Origin: Octopus bimaculoides
Lineage: Eukaryota
NCBI RefSeq assembly: GCF_001194135.2
Contig: NC_068987.1
Coordinates: 4,601,743-4,665,742, forward strand
DNA: 64,000 nucleotides
Direction of reading: 5' to 3'
The notes beneath the pieces are model-generated. The model worked only from the letters and a program-made list of their open reading frames with translations, was not told the DNA's origin and did no database searches. Positions 52,040 through 64,000 of the stretch are shown one piece after another. Within the stretch, counting starts at the first letter, position 1; every line of letters starts with the position of its first letter. The translations under genes and the position numbers were made by a program.

Positions 52040-52060
52040 AACAAAAAACACTGGCTTTAC

Positions 52061-52151
52061 CTCTTGAGGTTCTGGAGCAGATTCCTCTTCCGTTTGGCGT
52101 CTCCTTGAGCGGCGAGATGTTGTGTCTTCTTCAACTGCTTCTGAAGTTGCC
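52061..52151 (-). CDS. Coding exon 2 (ATSEAVEEDTTSRRSRRRQTEEESAPEPQE, phase 2/0)
   Basis: Long pyrimidine tract ending ttatcaag|G, donor GAG|GTAAAG; part of supplied ORF 52031..52273. Confidence 0.85.
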
Positions 52152-52280
52152 CTTGATAAGGTAAAAAGAGAAGGAAATAAAGTAAATAGACAAACAAGGC
52201 ACCAGAATTCTTCAACAGCCATTCTAAAAGCAAAATATGATATCAGTTGAGTATGCATCACAAAAAACAACATATTTTAC

Positions 52281-52319
<39 letters not shown>

Positions 52320-52809
52320 AATGGTAATTGAAATTTTATGTAATTGATAATGTAATATTAATTGTGCTGCTTTTGTAAGCAATGTGAGTCAAAAGAATAA
52401 ATTGTAATAGTGCTTCTTCTATCAACATGATTTTAAATGACAAAATCTGCTGACAGAGAAAGCATGCAAAACAATTACATTCTCTCAACTGATATTGTTC
52501 AATATGTTTTTTACCAAGTAATATTTCTATTTATATCTATTATATAAATGTATTATGCATACATAAAGATATACATACATGCGTATCCATGTACATACAT
52601 ATATACAAATTTAGGTGTTATGTGACTGACTAGAATATTTTTTTTTTAATTAATTAATTGACAATATTTAAGTAATAAACTGAATTAATGTTTATTAATT
52701 GAAATTATTAATTATATTTACTGTTTAAGTTATCATCAAATATGTTTATTAACATCATTAATAAATCTTCTCGTTATCATTAACTCAACACTTAATCTTG
52801 TTTTAATAA

Positions 52810-52810
52810 A

Positions 52811-52869
<59 letters not shown>

Positions 52870-52983
52870 CATTTTATTATTATCATTTATATTATTATTA
52901 TTATATTATTATCATTTATATTATTTTATCATTTTATCATTATTATCGTCAAGAATTTATAATTATTATTATCACCATTATTA

Positions 52984-53017
<34 letters not shown>

Positions 53018-53040
53018 GATTATCATCATCATCATTATCA
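52810..53040. repeat. (ATT)n/(ATC)n microsatellite
   Basis: Direct reading. Confidence 0.95.
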
Positions 53041-53282
53041 AGCGGAAGATCAAACGCTGTTGACATTCTGGGCCTAGTACCATTCTTTTTCTAATTACGC
53101 AGGTTTGTTGTTCATTTACAAGACTACAATGGAAGCAAGTTTTCCTTTTAAGAAGCTTTTTGGAGTAGTTATGGTTTATATTAGTAAAGGTATGACGGAG
53201 GAATAATTTTAGCAGAAAAGTAGGTTAAACATTATTTGTTATGCAATAAGCTTTATAATGAAGAACTAATTTTATATGTTGA

Positions 53283-53358
<76 letters not shown>

Positions 53359-56300
53359 TTCTCTTTATCACAGGTTTTGTTGAAGCTCTTGGAGTCTTGC
53401 ATGCATAGCGGGCTTACCACCTGCAGCCTCTGGTACCATGCTATCTGTTCTTTTCACCTATCTGATATTTTACTGATTATTCTGGTTCTTATTTCATTGT
53501 TACCACAGGAATGAAAGGTTTAGTTGACGCTAGAAGAATTTTAAATCAGAAAGTAAAGACCTTAATGAAAACCTAAGAACCCGTGTAAAAGAAGCTAAAT
53601 TGATACCAATTCCTGACTTGTCATTGAACTGAACCCAGGTCTGGTTTAGCATTTGTGGATGTTAGATCTAGGAAAGTCTACTTTGTTTTAATAATATCAA
53701 AATGGCATTTGGTTCTGTTTAAGACTATTTATGATAAAGTCATAGAATACCAAATGAAAACACTTTAATATGGAAAAAATATAACATTTCTTGAAATTTG
53801 GAAAGAAGTATCTGAGTTTTTAACAAGAAGTAAAATTCTGAGAAATTATTTTATGAAATTGAAACATTATCTAAGAATAAAAACCTTTGGAAACAATTTA
53901 AGATATATTTGCTTGTATTTCTTTGTTATTTTAAATATGCAAATAGATCTATGTATCAATAAGACCTAAATTAAATATAATTTTAACTAGTTTTAATTTC
54001 AATTTTAGTTAGTTTTAAAGTCAAGCTTAGCTAGTTTTAATGTCAATTTTTAGTTTTAAATGTTAATTTTAACTAGTTTTAATTATGTATATTTTTTTTT
54101 ATAGCATTCTTTCTTAATTAACACTTTTTCTAAAGTATGAATCATAATATTTATGAGTTTTGAATTCGAGAGAACCAGATTTCAATAGAATTCATGTGAT
54201 TTTAATGATACTTGCAAATAACTTATCTGTTTAATGCTTTTTTTAAAAAAAGATATCTTTAAAAAATTCTCTTTTAAAGATGTTTAAAAAAGTGATTTTT
54301 TTTTAAAGTTGTTTTTTTTTTTTCATTGTCTCCCAATAATGTAAGTGTTCTGGTTATTCAAACCATGATAATGTCTTTCAGCTGATAACCAAATATGACA
54401 GGATTCAAATGCTGCTTTGGAATGATATAAACAGAAATTGCAATAAATTCTTGCTGCCAAGAAACAAGTAGTAAGAGATATGTCTGAGGCAACTGGAAGT
54501 CATAATTAAAATTGACATGCTTCATTATCAAGTTGAAACAAAATGCTTGGAGATTAAGTGAAAAATTTTTCAGTAATGCATTGCCAATATATTTGTGGTA
54601 TCAAAACATGCAATCAGTGCAAGAATCGTCAGTTTAATTTCTAGTCCTAATAACAATTCCAAAGAAATCAATAAAATTTATATTAGTAGAATTTAATGCT
54701 TGGCTAGAATCGTTTGCAAGTAAAAGGAATTTTGTTTTGAATTAGTTAGAATGAGAGAAGTGATGTTCTTTGCCAATTTTAGGGAAGGGATATTTTGTTA
54801 TTTATAGTTGGAAAGAAATCAAACACTGATAGTGTGATCTAGACGGATTCACTTCTAGAAAAGAAGAATTTGGAAAAGAACATGGTCTTGGGAATATGAA
54901 ATGAAACATGGTAAGAGTAAAGAAAAATGGAGATGGTAGGTACAATAAGTGTGTTTGATTAGTGGTAATATAGAATTGGTAAGGCTGTTCTGATATGACA
55001 GGCAGAAAATTGCAGATGAGGGATAGTGCCGTCTGAATGTCTGTCAGTTTAATATGGAAGGAATTTAATACAATTCAACAGTTCTTTCGTTCCAAGTCTT
55101 AAGACACACACACACACCCAACATGTGAAGGATTGTAAGACTACCAAATCTGTAGTTAGCTAGGTTCTACCTAAAACTGAAAACTTGCCTTAAAAAAGTA
55201 AATTTAAACAGTGATATTATTGCCGCTCCTAATCATTTTCAGTCTAAATATACCAGAATTCGTAATATGTGAATCCTTCCTAATTTCATGAAGACAAATT
55301 AGGTTCAATTGATATTTTCTTTGATTTATGGTGACTTGCAAATGGCATGTTTATGCAAACGCTGCCAATCAAAAGCTAAAAATACTAAATACAAGGAGAT
55401 TTCAGGGGGTCATCAGGAGAGAATGCACACCATTTTGGGGTCTTCCTCTCAATGGCTTTGCAGCACATCACCACCACCCTCACTAATGTGATGCCCCATT
55501 TAGTGGATCAACTAACTTGTAGGTTTCAGGAATCATCAGGAGAGAGTGTGCACCATTTTGGGGCCTTCCTATCAAAGACTTTACACCACAATAACTCCAC
55601 CTCCCCACTCATTCATTTATGTGATACCTGAACTACTGGACTGATTGAATAGCTGCACCAACCCTACATAGTCATCCTACTCAAAATACAAAGCCATGAT
55701 TCCCCGAAATGAATGCCAGTTCCCAAAATAGCCTCCAGGAGATGGTGAGTATAAGTGGAAGAAAGAGTTACTAGAAGTGACCAATCAAATAAGTGAAGGA
55801 AAGGGTGCATGTGAGTGAGTGAGTGAGTGAGTGAGTGAGTGAGTGAGTGAGAATGAGTGGGTGAGAGTGAGTGAGTGACTGACTGACTGAGTGAAAGAGA
55901 CGGTGTGAGTAAGAGACTAGGTAGAAGCAAGTGAGGATTGAGTGAGTGGATTATTGCAGAATGCTTCAAGAAATATTGCTCAATATTAAAAAATCAGGCA
56001 AGAAAAAAAAGAAAGGAAAAGGGATGCAATGATTGAAAAACATGCACATCAGAATTGATAATGGAATTCTTAATCTTTTGAAATATGAAACATTCTGATT
56101 GTCCACTAACAAACTAATATCTAAAACAGACACCTCACAATTGTATTACAGTATCATGTGTGTGTGCATGTGTGTGTGCATATGTGTGTATACCTTTTCA
56201 AATTCTTTTATTTTTTTTCTGATGAAGGACTAATGTCCAAAATATCAAGTTGCTTTCCCTTCTTATTAAGTATTAAATTAATATAGCTGCTTGTGTGTAG

Positions 56301-57252
56301 ATATGCATATAAGAATATGTTTTACCAAGCAAGTAGCATATCAAGGAGAGGTATTCATTGGCTGCTAAAACACCAGTAATATCCAGCTTACCCCATCAAT
56401 CAGTGTTGGCAGTTTAACATTTGACTGAATACAACAAATACCAGTAATATTTTCTCAATCTACGTCTTGCCATCACACACTAATGACTGTTATTAATCAT
56501 GGTTTTGATGATGGGAATAAAAGAATCTCTCTGATACAATTGTTTATTTGATTCTCTGAAAACAAAACTCTTGAAAAGCACCCATACCAGAAATGCTGAA
56601 GAGAAAAAATGTATCTATTCTTAGAGAATCATTTCACAAGTAAACAACTCTGCCAGTGATTTTAGCCTTCCTTCTAGTCCTTAACTTACATTGAAACCCT
56701 CCAATGTATCTATTGTAACAGAATCAAGCATGTATTTCAGTAAACAAATGTATATTTATTACATGAACTTTCCTTTTGAGATGTGTTGAGTTGTTATGAA
56801 GCTCTTTAGTCCAAAGCTTTATTCAACAACTAAAACTCAGTTACTTTTTTTATTTAACTAACTTAGATAATATGACAGTTTCCATTTTAAGTCAATTTCT
56901 AATAATTATATAATCATATTTGGAGACAAATTAGTTCAATTAACAATTACCCTATTTCTGTTCAATTATTCTTCTTCAACCTAATTTTCTACATTGTTCC
57001 TACTTTAAACACAATGAATATTTGTTTGGACAGGAATGGTTTGAATTAAAAAAATATTTACTCTGTTTTTATTATATAACAATCTGCTCCTAAGATATTT
57101 ATTAGATAGCATTGCTATGTGCAGTTGCAGCAGGATGCTGATATATAATGCACATGGCATGCAGTGATAATGCGTATCATTCGTTTCCTAGCACCAGGTT
57201 TTGTTTACTCTAGTGGAATGAAGAAATAGGAAGCTGTAGGCTTTTTTCTTGC

Positions 57253-57339
57253 CTTAACCGGGCTTCACGAGCCTCTCTTCGTTCCCGTCGTTTACGTTCA
57301 TAATCATCCTCTTCATTAAAACTGTTTACTTCCGCGGCA
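57253..57339 (-). CDS. Coding exon 1 of those found (AAEVNSFNEEDDYERKRRERREAREARLR, phase 2/2). The gene resembles the molluscan troponin I N-terminal extension, or a caldesmon-like protein; the start codon is upstream and was not found
   Basis: Acceptor tcctcactaatgcag|T. Best phase-2 donor is the non-canonical AG|GCAAGA. The product call rests on recalled similarity only (RRSRRRRGGDD, Ala tract, ER/K helix). Confidence 0.75.
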
Positions 57340-57583
57340 CTGCATTAGTGAGGAAACACACAAGTTAAAACAAAACAGCAACAAAACAACACAGAAAAAA
57401 AAACCTGAAAATATAACAAAAAAAAGTATACAAATTTGACATAGAAGATGATAAGAAAGACAAAGACAAAGAAAAAGAAAGACATAGAAAAGACAAAGAA
57501 AAGCCCAAAAAAGAAACCAGTCTACACACTAGAATTATTGAAGAATATTTCAAGGGTAGGTTTGCCCCTTAAAATGAAAATTT

Positions 57584-57632
<49 letters not shown>

Positions 57633-57688
57633 AAAAGAAAAAAAAATTAAATAAACAACAAAAAAATCATGCAGAAAACATGTTTTAA

Positions 57689-57888
57689 CCCTTTAGCATT
57701 TAAACCAGCCATATTGGGCCCAGATATTCTACCTGTTTTATGCTCAAACTGGCCAAATCCGGCCTTTCACATTTGTCCTACAATGTTATATGAATAATCA
57801 CATCATGTATGAGATAATGGATGATTAATTAAAATCAATGTGAATAAATAAGCTATAGATTTGGCAAAGTAATATGAATGCTAAAAGG
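57689..57888. mobile_element. piggyBac-type MITE
   Basis: TTAA|CCCTTTAGCATT...AATGCTAAAAGG|TTAA; a decayed relative lies at about 11903-12075. Confidence 0.85.
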
Positions 57889-58207
57889 TTAAAGTTTGTA
57901 CAAATCTTTAAAAATTTACCATTTGTAAACTACTTCAACTGGCAACAACAGAACTATGGTTCTATCAAAGATATGTTACAACTTCATCATTTTGTCGACA
58001 TGTTTTAGTCATTAGAGTGCACACATTAATCTGGAAATCTTTCCAATGTGTTAGATTAAAACCCGAGAAAACATAACGAATCACACATCAAACTGTCACA
58101 ATCTGGAACACCATTTCTGTTTTAAAATTGTTGCAACTATTTCAGGAAGAATTCTTCTGCAACCATTTTTCAATTTCAAAATACTTTAAATATTTTAAAC
58201 CATTTAA

Positions 58208-58448
58208 CTCATTCGTACTGAAATTTTTTCTAGTGAATGAAATTGCCTGAAAATTCACAGATATTTTGATCTAAATAACAACTGAAAAAAAATTTCATTG
58301 AAATCCGTTTGATACAGACTGCATGCGTGTTAAGAACATGTTTCATTCTTTGATACAGATCAAACACAAATCACAATTTGTATCAAGTATTAGTTTTATA
58401 CCCTTATAAATAAAGGGTCAGTTTAAACGGACGATCAGCATGAATGGG
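58208..58448. mobile_element. piggyBac-type MITE (different family)
   Basis: TTAA|CTCATTCGTACTGA...TCAGCATGAATGGG|TTAA. Confidence 0.75.
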
Positions 58449-59920
58449 TTAAACAAAACGACCATGAATGAAAAGAATGTTGACAATTTAATTCTTCAGT
58501 AGAGACTTTTGGTCGATTTTGTTGTTGGTATTTAACTAGCATAGAATTGTGTCCATGACTAAAACACTTAATCCCTGCTGTAAAAGGTAATAAAAAACAC
58601 AAAAAAAACATCACTGGTTGCTATTCTTGTTGGTGGCTTCACTGTGGTAAACCATGATATGATGAAGGTTCCTGAGAAATGTAGAGATGATATGAGAACA
58701 ATCTTGGTTGCAAAGTTGCAAAGTTCATGATCACTGTAAGAACATTTCCATCGTTTTTATTGGCAAGGCACTGTATTCCACATGCCTCACTCCACCTTGA
58801 TGTCAGGGTTGTGTCTCAGAACTTTGGGGAAAATTAACTGAAAGAGACTGGCATACGATCCAGGGGAAGATTTATTTTTTTCTCATCATATTCAGTGCTT
58901 CAGAAACCATAACTGGATCTGAGATGCTTGTGAAAGGATTAAGTTATAAACACAAACAACATATTTTATAAAGTTACTCAAAATAAAGAAATGAAATAAA
59001 TTAACTATTAACGATTCATTTGAAAATTAAATTACATAATCTGGAATCCGTCCCAATACATATCAATAATACTATACCTGACATATAATGAGATCAATAA
59101 AAAGGAGATCAATTGTAACTATAAATCAATAACATATAGTAATATAGATCATTAATCAATACAAAACAAAAGCTCTGTATTGCAGGAGTTGGAACTGAAT
59201 TACAAATGAGAAAGAAAAAAAAAATAGGTGAAAAATAACAAGAGATATTACCTTCAATAATTCTTTTTTTTTTTTTTTTGTATGCAAACTAAAACAAAAA
59301 GACTTAGGCTCTTTTAAGGGTCCAACACAGTATATTATAAAAAGGGTTTGAACTCATGACCTTCAAGTTAGTATTTCATCATCTTAACTTGACTTGAGAC
59401 CATAATGTTCAGGGTTTGATGGAGATGAAATCAAACTGCATGAAAATCAGGTTCTTGTTCGGGGGTCATTAGGGTCCTTTATGACATAAATGGAATGCAA
59501 AAGCAACTAATGTAATGATAATGTAAACTTAGAGGATTGAGGTGGGGAAACTTAACTCAGCTCTGCAACAATAATGATTAGATAAAATCATTTTTTTGTT
59601 TTTACAAGAGTCATGTTTAATTTAAATTTACTTCAACTATGATCAGTTTTTGCATTAAAAAGACAAAAATTTAAATTCTGACCCCAATGAAACCTGAATA
59701 CAGAAATAGTCCAACTCTTTTGTCTGGAAAGTTAAAATATTTGATGAAAATTCATAAAAATGCATGCAAAAAATGAAAACATTTAACAAATTAATTCTTA
59801 TGGCAAAACAAATTTCTAATGAAATAACATTATTTTTGTGTTTTAACTAATTTGGGAAATACTTAAAAATTTGAAGTAATTTAGTCAAAAGTAATTGTTC
59901 TCAATAGCTATCCACTAAAA

Positions 59921-60274
59921 CAATGGTTCTCAACCAGGGTCCATATACGACCCTTAAGGGTCCATATATGACCCTTAAGGGGTCATTGTTAAAAATTTAT
60001 CTCCAAGAAATTGGTTATACTTCTTGGCTATGCTGGAGTACTACCTTGAAGTTCAGGAGTTCTCAACCAGGACCCATATAACCCTCAGGGGTCAATATAA
60101 GTTTTCATTGTTAAACCTCATGTGCAATAAACTAGTTATACTTCTACGATATAAAAAAAATATAAAAATTTTTTTTTACACAATTCCTAATAACATCTAA
60201 TTATAATTTTTAACGTGGGTGTGTCCTTTGGAGTTAAGTAGGAATCAATGCGCAAAAATGGTTGAGAATTTCTG
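59921..60274. mobile_element. Charlie/hAT-like MITE with a duplicated left end
   Basis: Two left TIRs (CAATGGTTCTCAACC at 59921, CAGGAGTTCTCAACC at 60054) and one right TIR (GGTTGAGAATTTCTG ending 60274). Confidence 0.65.
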
Positions 60275-60456
60275 GAGTTTAGTTGAACAGGCAGTCCAGC
60301 AAAAACGATTGAAAGAGTGAATACTAAACTTAAAAGTAAGTGGGGGGGGGGGGTGATCTGTTTGACTAAAACCCTTTAAGGCATTGCACTAGTATAGTCA
60401 CAGTTCACTGATTTAAATGAGTACAAGGCATCAGTCTGACATTAAATTCTTTAAAC

Positions 60457-60906
60457 CAGCGCTTCTTAAACTATGGGTCGCAACCCCATTTGGGGTCATG
60501 AAGTGAAATGCTGGGGTCGCAAAATGCTGAGGTTGCGAAAATTAAATTCAAACACTTGAATTTCAGCTTATATGTCATTTATGTCTCTATTGCCCACAAA
60601 GGGCTAAACATAGAGGGGACAAACAAGGACAGAGGGATTAAGTCGATTACATCGACCCCAGTGCATAACTGGTACTTATTTAATCGACCCCAAAAGGATG
60701 AAAGGCAAAGTCAACCTCGGCGGAATTTGAACGCAGAACATAACGAAATACCGCCAAGCATTTTGCCCGGTGGGCCAACGTTTCTGCCAGCTCACCGCCT
60801 TTTCAGCTTATATGTTATTTCCCAAACACATATTTAATACCTGGGGTCAGGAAAAATCTCTTAATGAAAAATGGGGTCATGAATGAAAGACGTTTAAGAA
60901 GCACTG
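60457..60906. mobile_element. hAT-type MITE containing a nested SINE
   Basis: TIRs CAGCGCTTCTTAAAC / GTTTAAGAAGCACTG (14/15), 8-bp flanks CTTTAAAC / CTGAAAAC (6/8). Confidence 0.85.
60581..60800 (-). mobile_element. tRNA-derived SINE (family A) nested in the MITE
   Basis: 20-bp TSD TTTCAGCTTATATGT(C/T)ATTT at 60561-60580 / 60801-60820; body shared with several other copies. Confidence 0.9.
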
Positions 60907-61309
60907 CTGAAAACCATCAAAAAGTCACAGATTTTCTGAGAATGCTTACAGCTTTTTGAGATTGGCTTTGTTTTTAGGTGATAAAATGGATTAAAAGGAA
61001 ATTAGAGAAAATGGTTGATGAAAACATTACATTCACATACAGCCTGCTTAACCGATCCTCTTTCAGTTGACGTTTCTGTGCCGTTTTGATTTGTTCGTCT
61101 CTGACAGATGAGTTAACCAAACCATTTCTGTTTGAGCTGTTCATGCAAATTTCATGCAAAAATTCATGTGAGAAAGAAAAAAAAAATAGAAAAACAAAAT
61201 AATGGAGATAAAATATAAGTTAAAATTGTTAATCAAAGAAAAATAAATGAGGTAAAAAAAAAAGACAAAAAGGAAACTTGTAAATTAACCCTTTAGCATT
61301 TAAATTGGC

Positions 61310-61394
61310 CACCATCATCATAATCATCATCATAATCATCATCATCATCAACATCATCATCATCATCATCATCATCATCATTATGATCATCACC

Positions 61395-61443
<49 letters not shown>

Positions 61444-61445
61444 CT

Positions 61446-61488
<43 letters not shown>

Positions 61489-61500
61489 CCATCACCATCA
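61310..61500. repeat. (ATC)n microsatellite
   Basis: Direct reading. Confidence 0.95.
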
Positions 61501-61794
61501 TTCGTTTTCCAAGCTGGCAAGGCTAAGAGCTTCACCGATTCCATTGTATGTTTTGGTTTCTTTGGGTAGTTGCCCTTCCTGACATCAACCACTTAACTGA
61601 GTGTAGTGGAGGGGCTTTTTCGCAAGGCCCCATCACCAGTGCTTTTCACATGGCATCAGCACTCATTACCGTTATTAGGATTCTTCTATTCTTTTACTAG
61701 TTTTACTCATTGGCCTGTGGCCATGCTGGAGCATCACCTTCTGTGATATCATGATAGGTGCTTATTTCAATCTTGGAGAGTTGCTTGATACACA

Positions 61795-62186
61795 TGTGGT
61801 TTTAGCTTTGGTTTTGTTTCAGTCTTTAGACTGTGGCCATGCTGGTGCACCACTGTAATGGCTTTAGTCAAGCAAACTGCACCGGAGTATTTATTTTCTA
61901 AGTCTGGTACTTATTCTATTGGTACCTTTTGCCAAAATGCTAAGTCACAGGGACATAAACAAACCAGCATTGGTTGTCAAGTAGTAGTGGGGCACAAACA
62001 CCAACACACATACCCACATCCACACACACATGGGATTCCACATAGTCTCCACCTACCAAATTTACTAACAAGTAACTGGTTGGCCCAGGGCTATACTAGA
62101 AAACACTTGCCCAAAGTGCCACACAGTGGGACTGAACCTAAAAACCACACGGTTGTAAAGCAAGCTTCTTAATCACACAGCCACGC
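61795..62186 (-). mobile_element. SINE family B copy
   Basis: Colinear with 8960-9346. Confidence 0.85.
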
Positions 62187-63262
62187 TTATTTAATTATTT
62201 CATAGATTTCTTCCTTTATGAAATATAAATCTTGGCAGGAGGAAACGATGCCAAGACGAAATTACTTTTAGTCTTAAACCTGAATTAATGATGCTAAATT
62301 CACTTACAAGAATGTAAAGTTGTTTATCGAAAGAACCACAAGGTATTTTATGAGATGCTCCACCGATTTTGCTATGCACATGCCATAGATAATGTTAATG
62401 GTTTCTGATACCACCCCAAGGCTAGAAATTTATGGAGGAGGATTATAAACAGTTAAATTGATTATTTTCTCTGGCTTCTATGACTATAATTTAATCTCTG
62501 TTTATATATAGACAAATATTACTATTACATGTAAATAAATATATCTCTTTATATATATATACTTATATATTTACATATATATATNNNNNNNNNNNNNNNN
62601 NNNNNNNNNNNNNNNNNNNNNNNNNNNNNNNNNNNNNNNNNNNNNNNNNNNNNNNNNNNNNNNNNNNNNNNNNNNNNNNNNNNNNNNNNNNNNNNNNNNN
62701 NNNNNNNNNNNNNNNNNNNNNNNNNNNNNNNNNNNNNNNNNNNNNNNNNNNNNNNNNNNNNNNNNNNNNNNNNNNNNNNNNNNNNNNNNNNNNNNNNNNN
62801 NNNNNNNNNNNNNNNNNNNNNNNNNNNNNNNNNNNNNNNNNNNNNNNNNNNNNNNNNNNNNNNNNNNNNNNNNNNNNNNNNNNNNNNNNNNNNNNNNNNN
62901 NNNNNNNNNNNNNNNNNNNNNNNNNNNNNNNNNNNNNNNNNNNNNNNNNNNNNNNNNNNNNNNNNNNNNNNNNNNNNNNNNNNNNNNNNNNNNNNNNNNN
63001 NNNNNNNNNNNNNNNNNNNNNNNNNNNNNNNNNNNNNNNNNNNNNNNNNNNNNNNNNNNNNNNNNNNNNNNNNNNNNNNNNNNNNNNNNNNNNNNNNNNN
63101 NNNNNNNNNNNNNNNNNNNNNNNNNNNNNNNNNNNNNNNNNNNNNNNNNNNATATCGAGGGTATGAGAGGTATTGGTGTCAAGAAGACCCAAAAGGTGTC
63201 AGGTAACGCTAAGTATTTCATATTTTCTCTGCAATACTTAATACTCAAACATTTTCTCACAC

Positions 63263-63312
63263 CGTCTCTGATGAAGGGATATATAAAATATCCCGGAAAC
63301 AGCTGTAAGACG
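63263..63312 (+). ncRNA. Type I hammerhead ribozyme motif (minimal, palindromic helix III)
   Basis: CGTCT-CTGATGA-A-GGGATAT/ataaa/ATATCCC-G-GAAA-CAGCTG-TA|AGACG: helix I 5 bp, helix II 7 bp, ACAGCTGT palindrome, GUA cleavage triplet. Confidence 0.85.
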
Positions 63313-63384
63313 TTTTCTTTACAAATGTTCTGAAAACTATTTACACCCTTAGATTTTTTATCTCATTCTGTCAATTTTACACAC

Positions 63385-63434
<50 letters not shown>

Positions 63435-63950
63435 TCACACATATATATTCATGCACGCAGTGAAGTTTATGAGTTTCAGTAAGTTTGTATGGTGTGACAA
63501 GAAGAGGAATTTGATGTTTTCAAGGTTGCAGCATTTTGGAGATGCAGTCCAATGTTAGGTCTTCAAATTCTTCATACATACATTTCTTGTGTGCTCAACC
63601 AATAAACATGGATACATGCAAAACAAAACCCATCTAATTGTTCTTTATATACATAGACAGATAGATGCACATGTATATACACAAATATATATATACATAT
63701 ACACAGGAATATGCATATATGTACTTGTATATGTGTGCATATGTATATCTCTGTATTATATATATATGTGTGCGCATGTATTTACATATACATACATGCT
63801 CATACAAGTACACACACATATATGTATAAATATATATATATACACACATGCCCATCCACATATATGTATACACACACACACACACACTCAAACAACCATC
63901 CAAATACATGTATGTGTGTATATGTATATGTATGTGTATACGTGTGTGTC

Positions 63951-63994
<44 letters not shown>

Positions 63995-64000
63995 TATACA

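Noticed and set aside
55401-55540. CTGATGA-N5/6-GAAA on the minus strand in both duplicated units as hammerheads
   Set aside because: No room for helix II, and no helix I or III pairing.

Overview
This is AT-rich eukaryotic genomic DNA from a draft assembly (9 N-gaps), dense in microsatellites and tRNA-derived SINEs. The repeat families look like those of a coleoid cephalopod such as Octopus; that is inferred from recalled repeat families, not checked. One large minus-strand gene spans almost the whole window. I reconstructed 10 coding exons by hand (57339-57253, 52151-52061, 49043-48999, 30719-30675, 26071-26000, 23879-23700, 8726-8313, 5973-5869, 3013-2948, 1218-130). They splice into one uninterrupted frame of 731 codons that is open at both ends. 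The first six exons encode an Arg/Glu/Ala-rich charged helix resembling the long N-terminal extension of molluscan troponin I (a caldesmon-like protein is the alternative). The last four add about 558 aa of low-complexity sequence with a 44-aa-periodic VxxK/R-W-P motif. No conserved core domain lies in the window, so the gene identity is not proven. The introns hold SINEs, TTAA- and hAT-type MITEs and two HERO-like retrotransposon 3' ends. Most notable: (i) several minimal type I hammerhead ribozymes with palindromic helix III, including a SINE family that joins a tRNA-like Pol III head to a hammerhead-bearing, Penelope-like tail and inserts with inversions; (ii) a 35-bp pri-miRNA-like hairpin that folds well only on the strand antisense to the gene; (iii) an 8 x 38-bp array of 5'-splice-site-like sequences just downstream of a real donor. 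Most entries in the supplied ORF track are artefacts of microsatellites and N-gaps.
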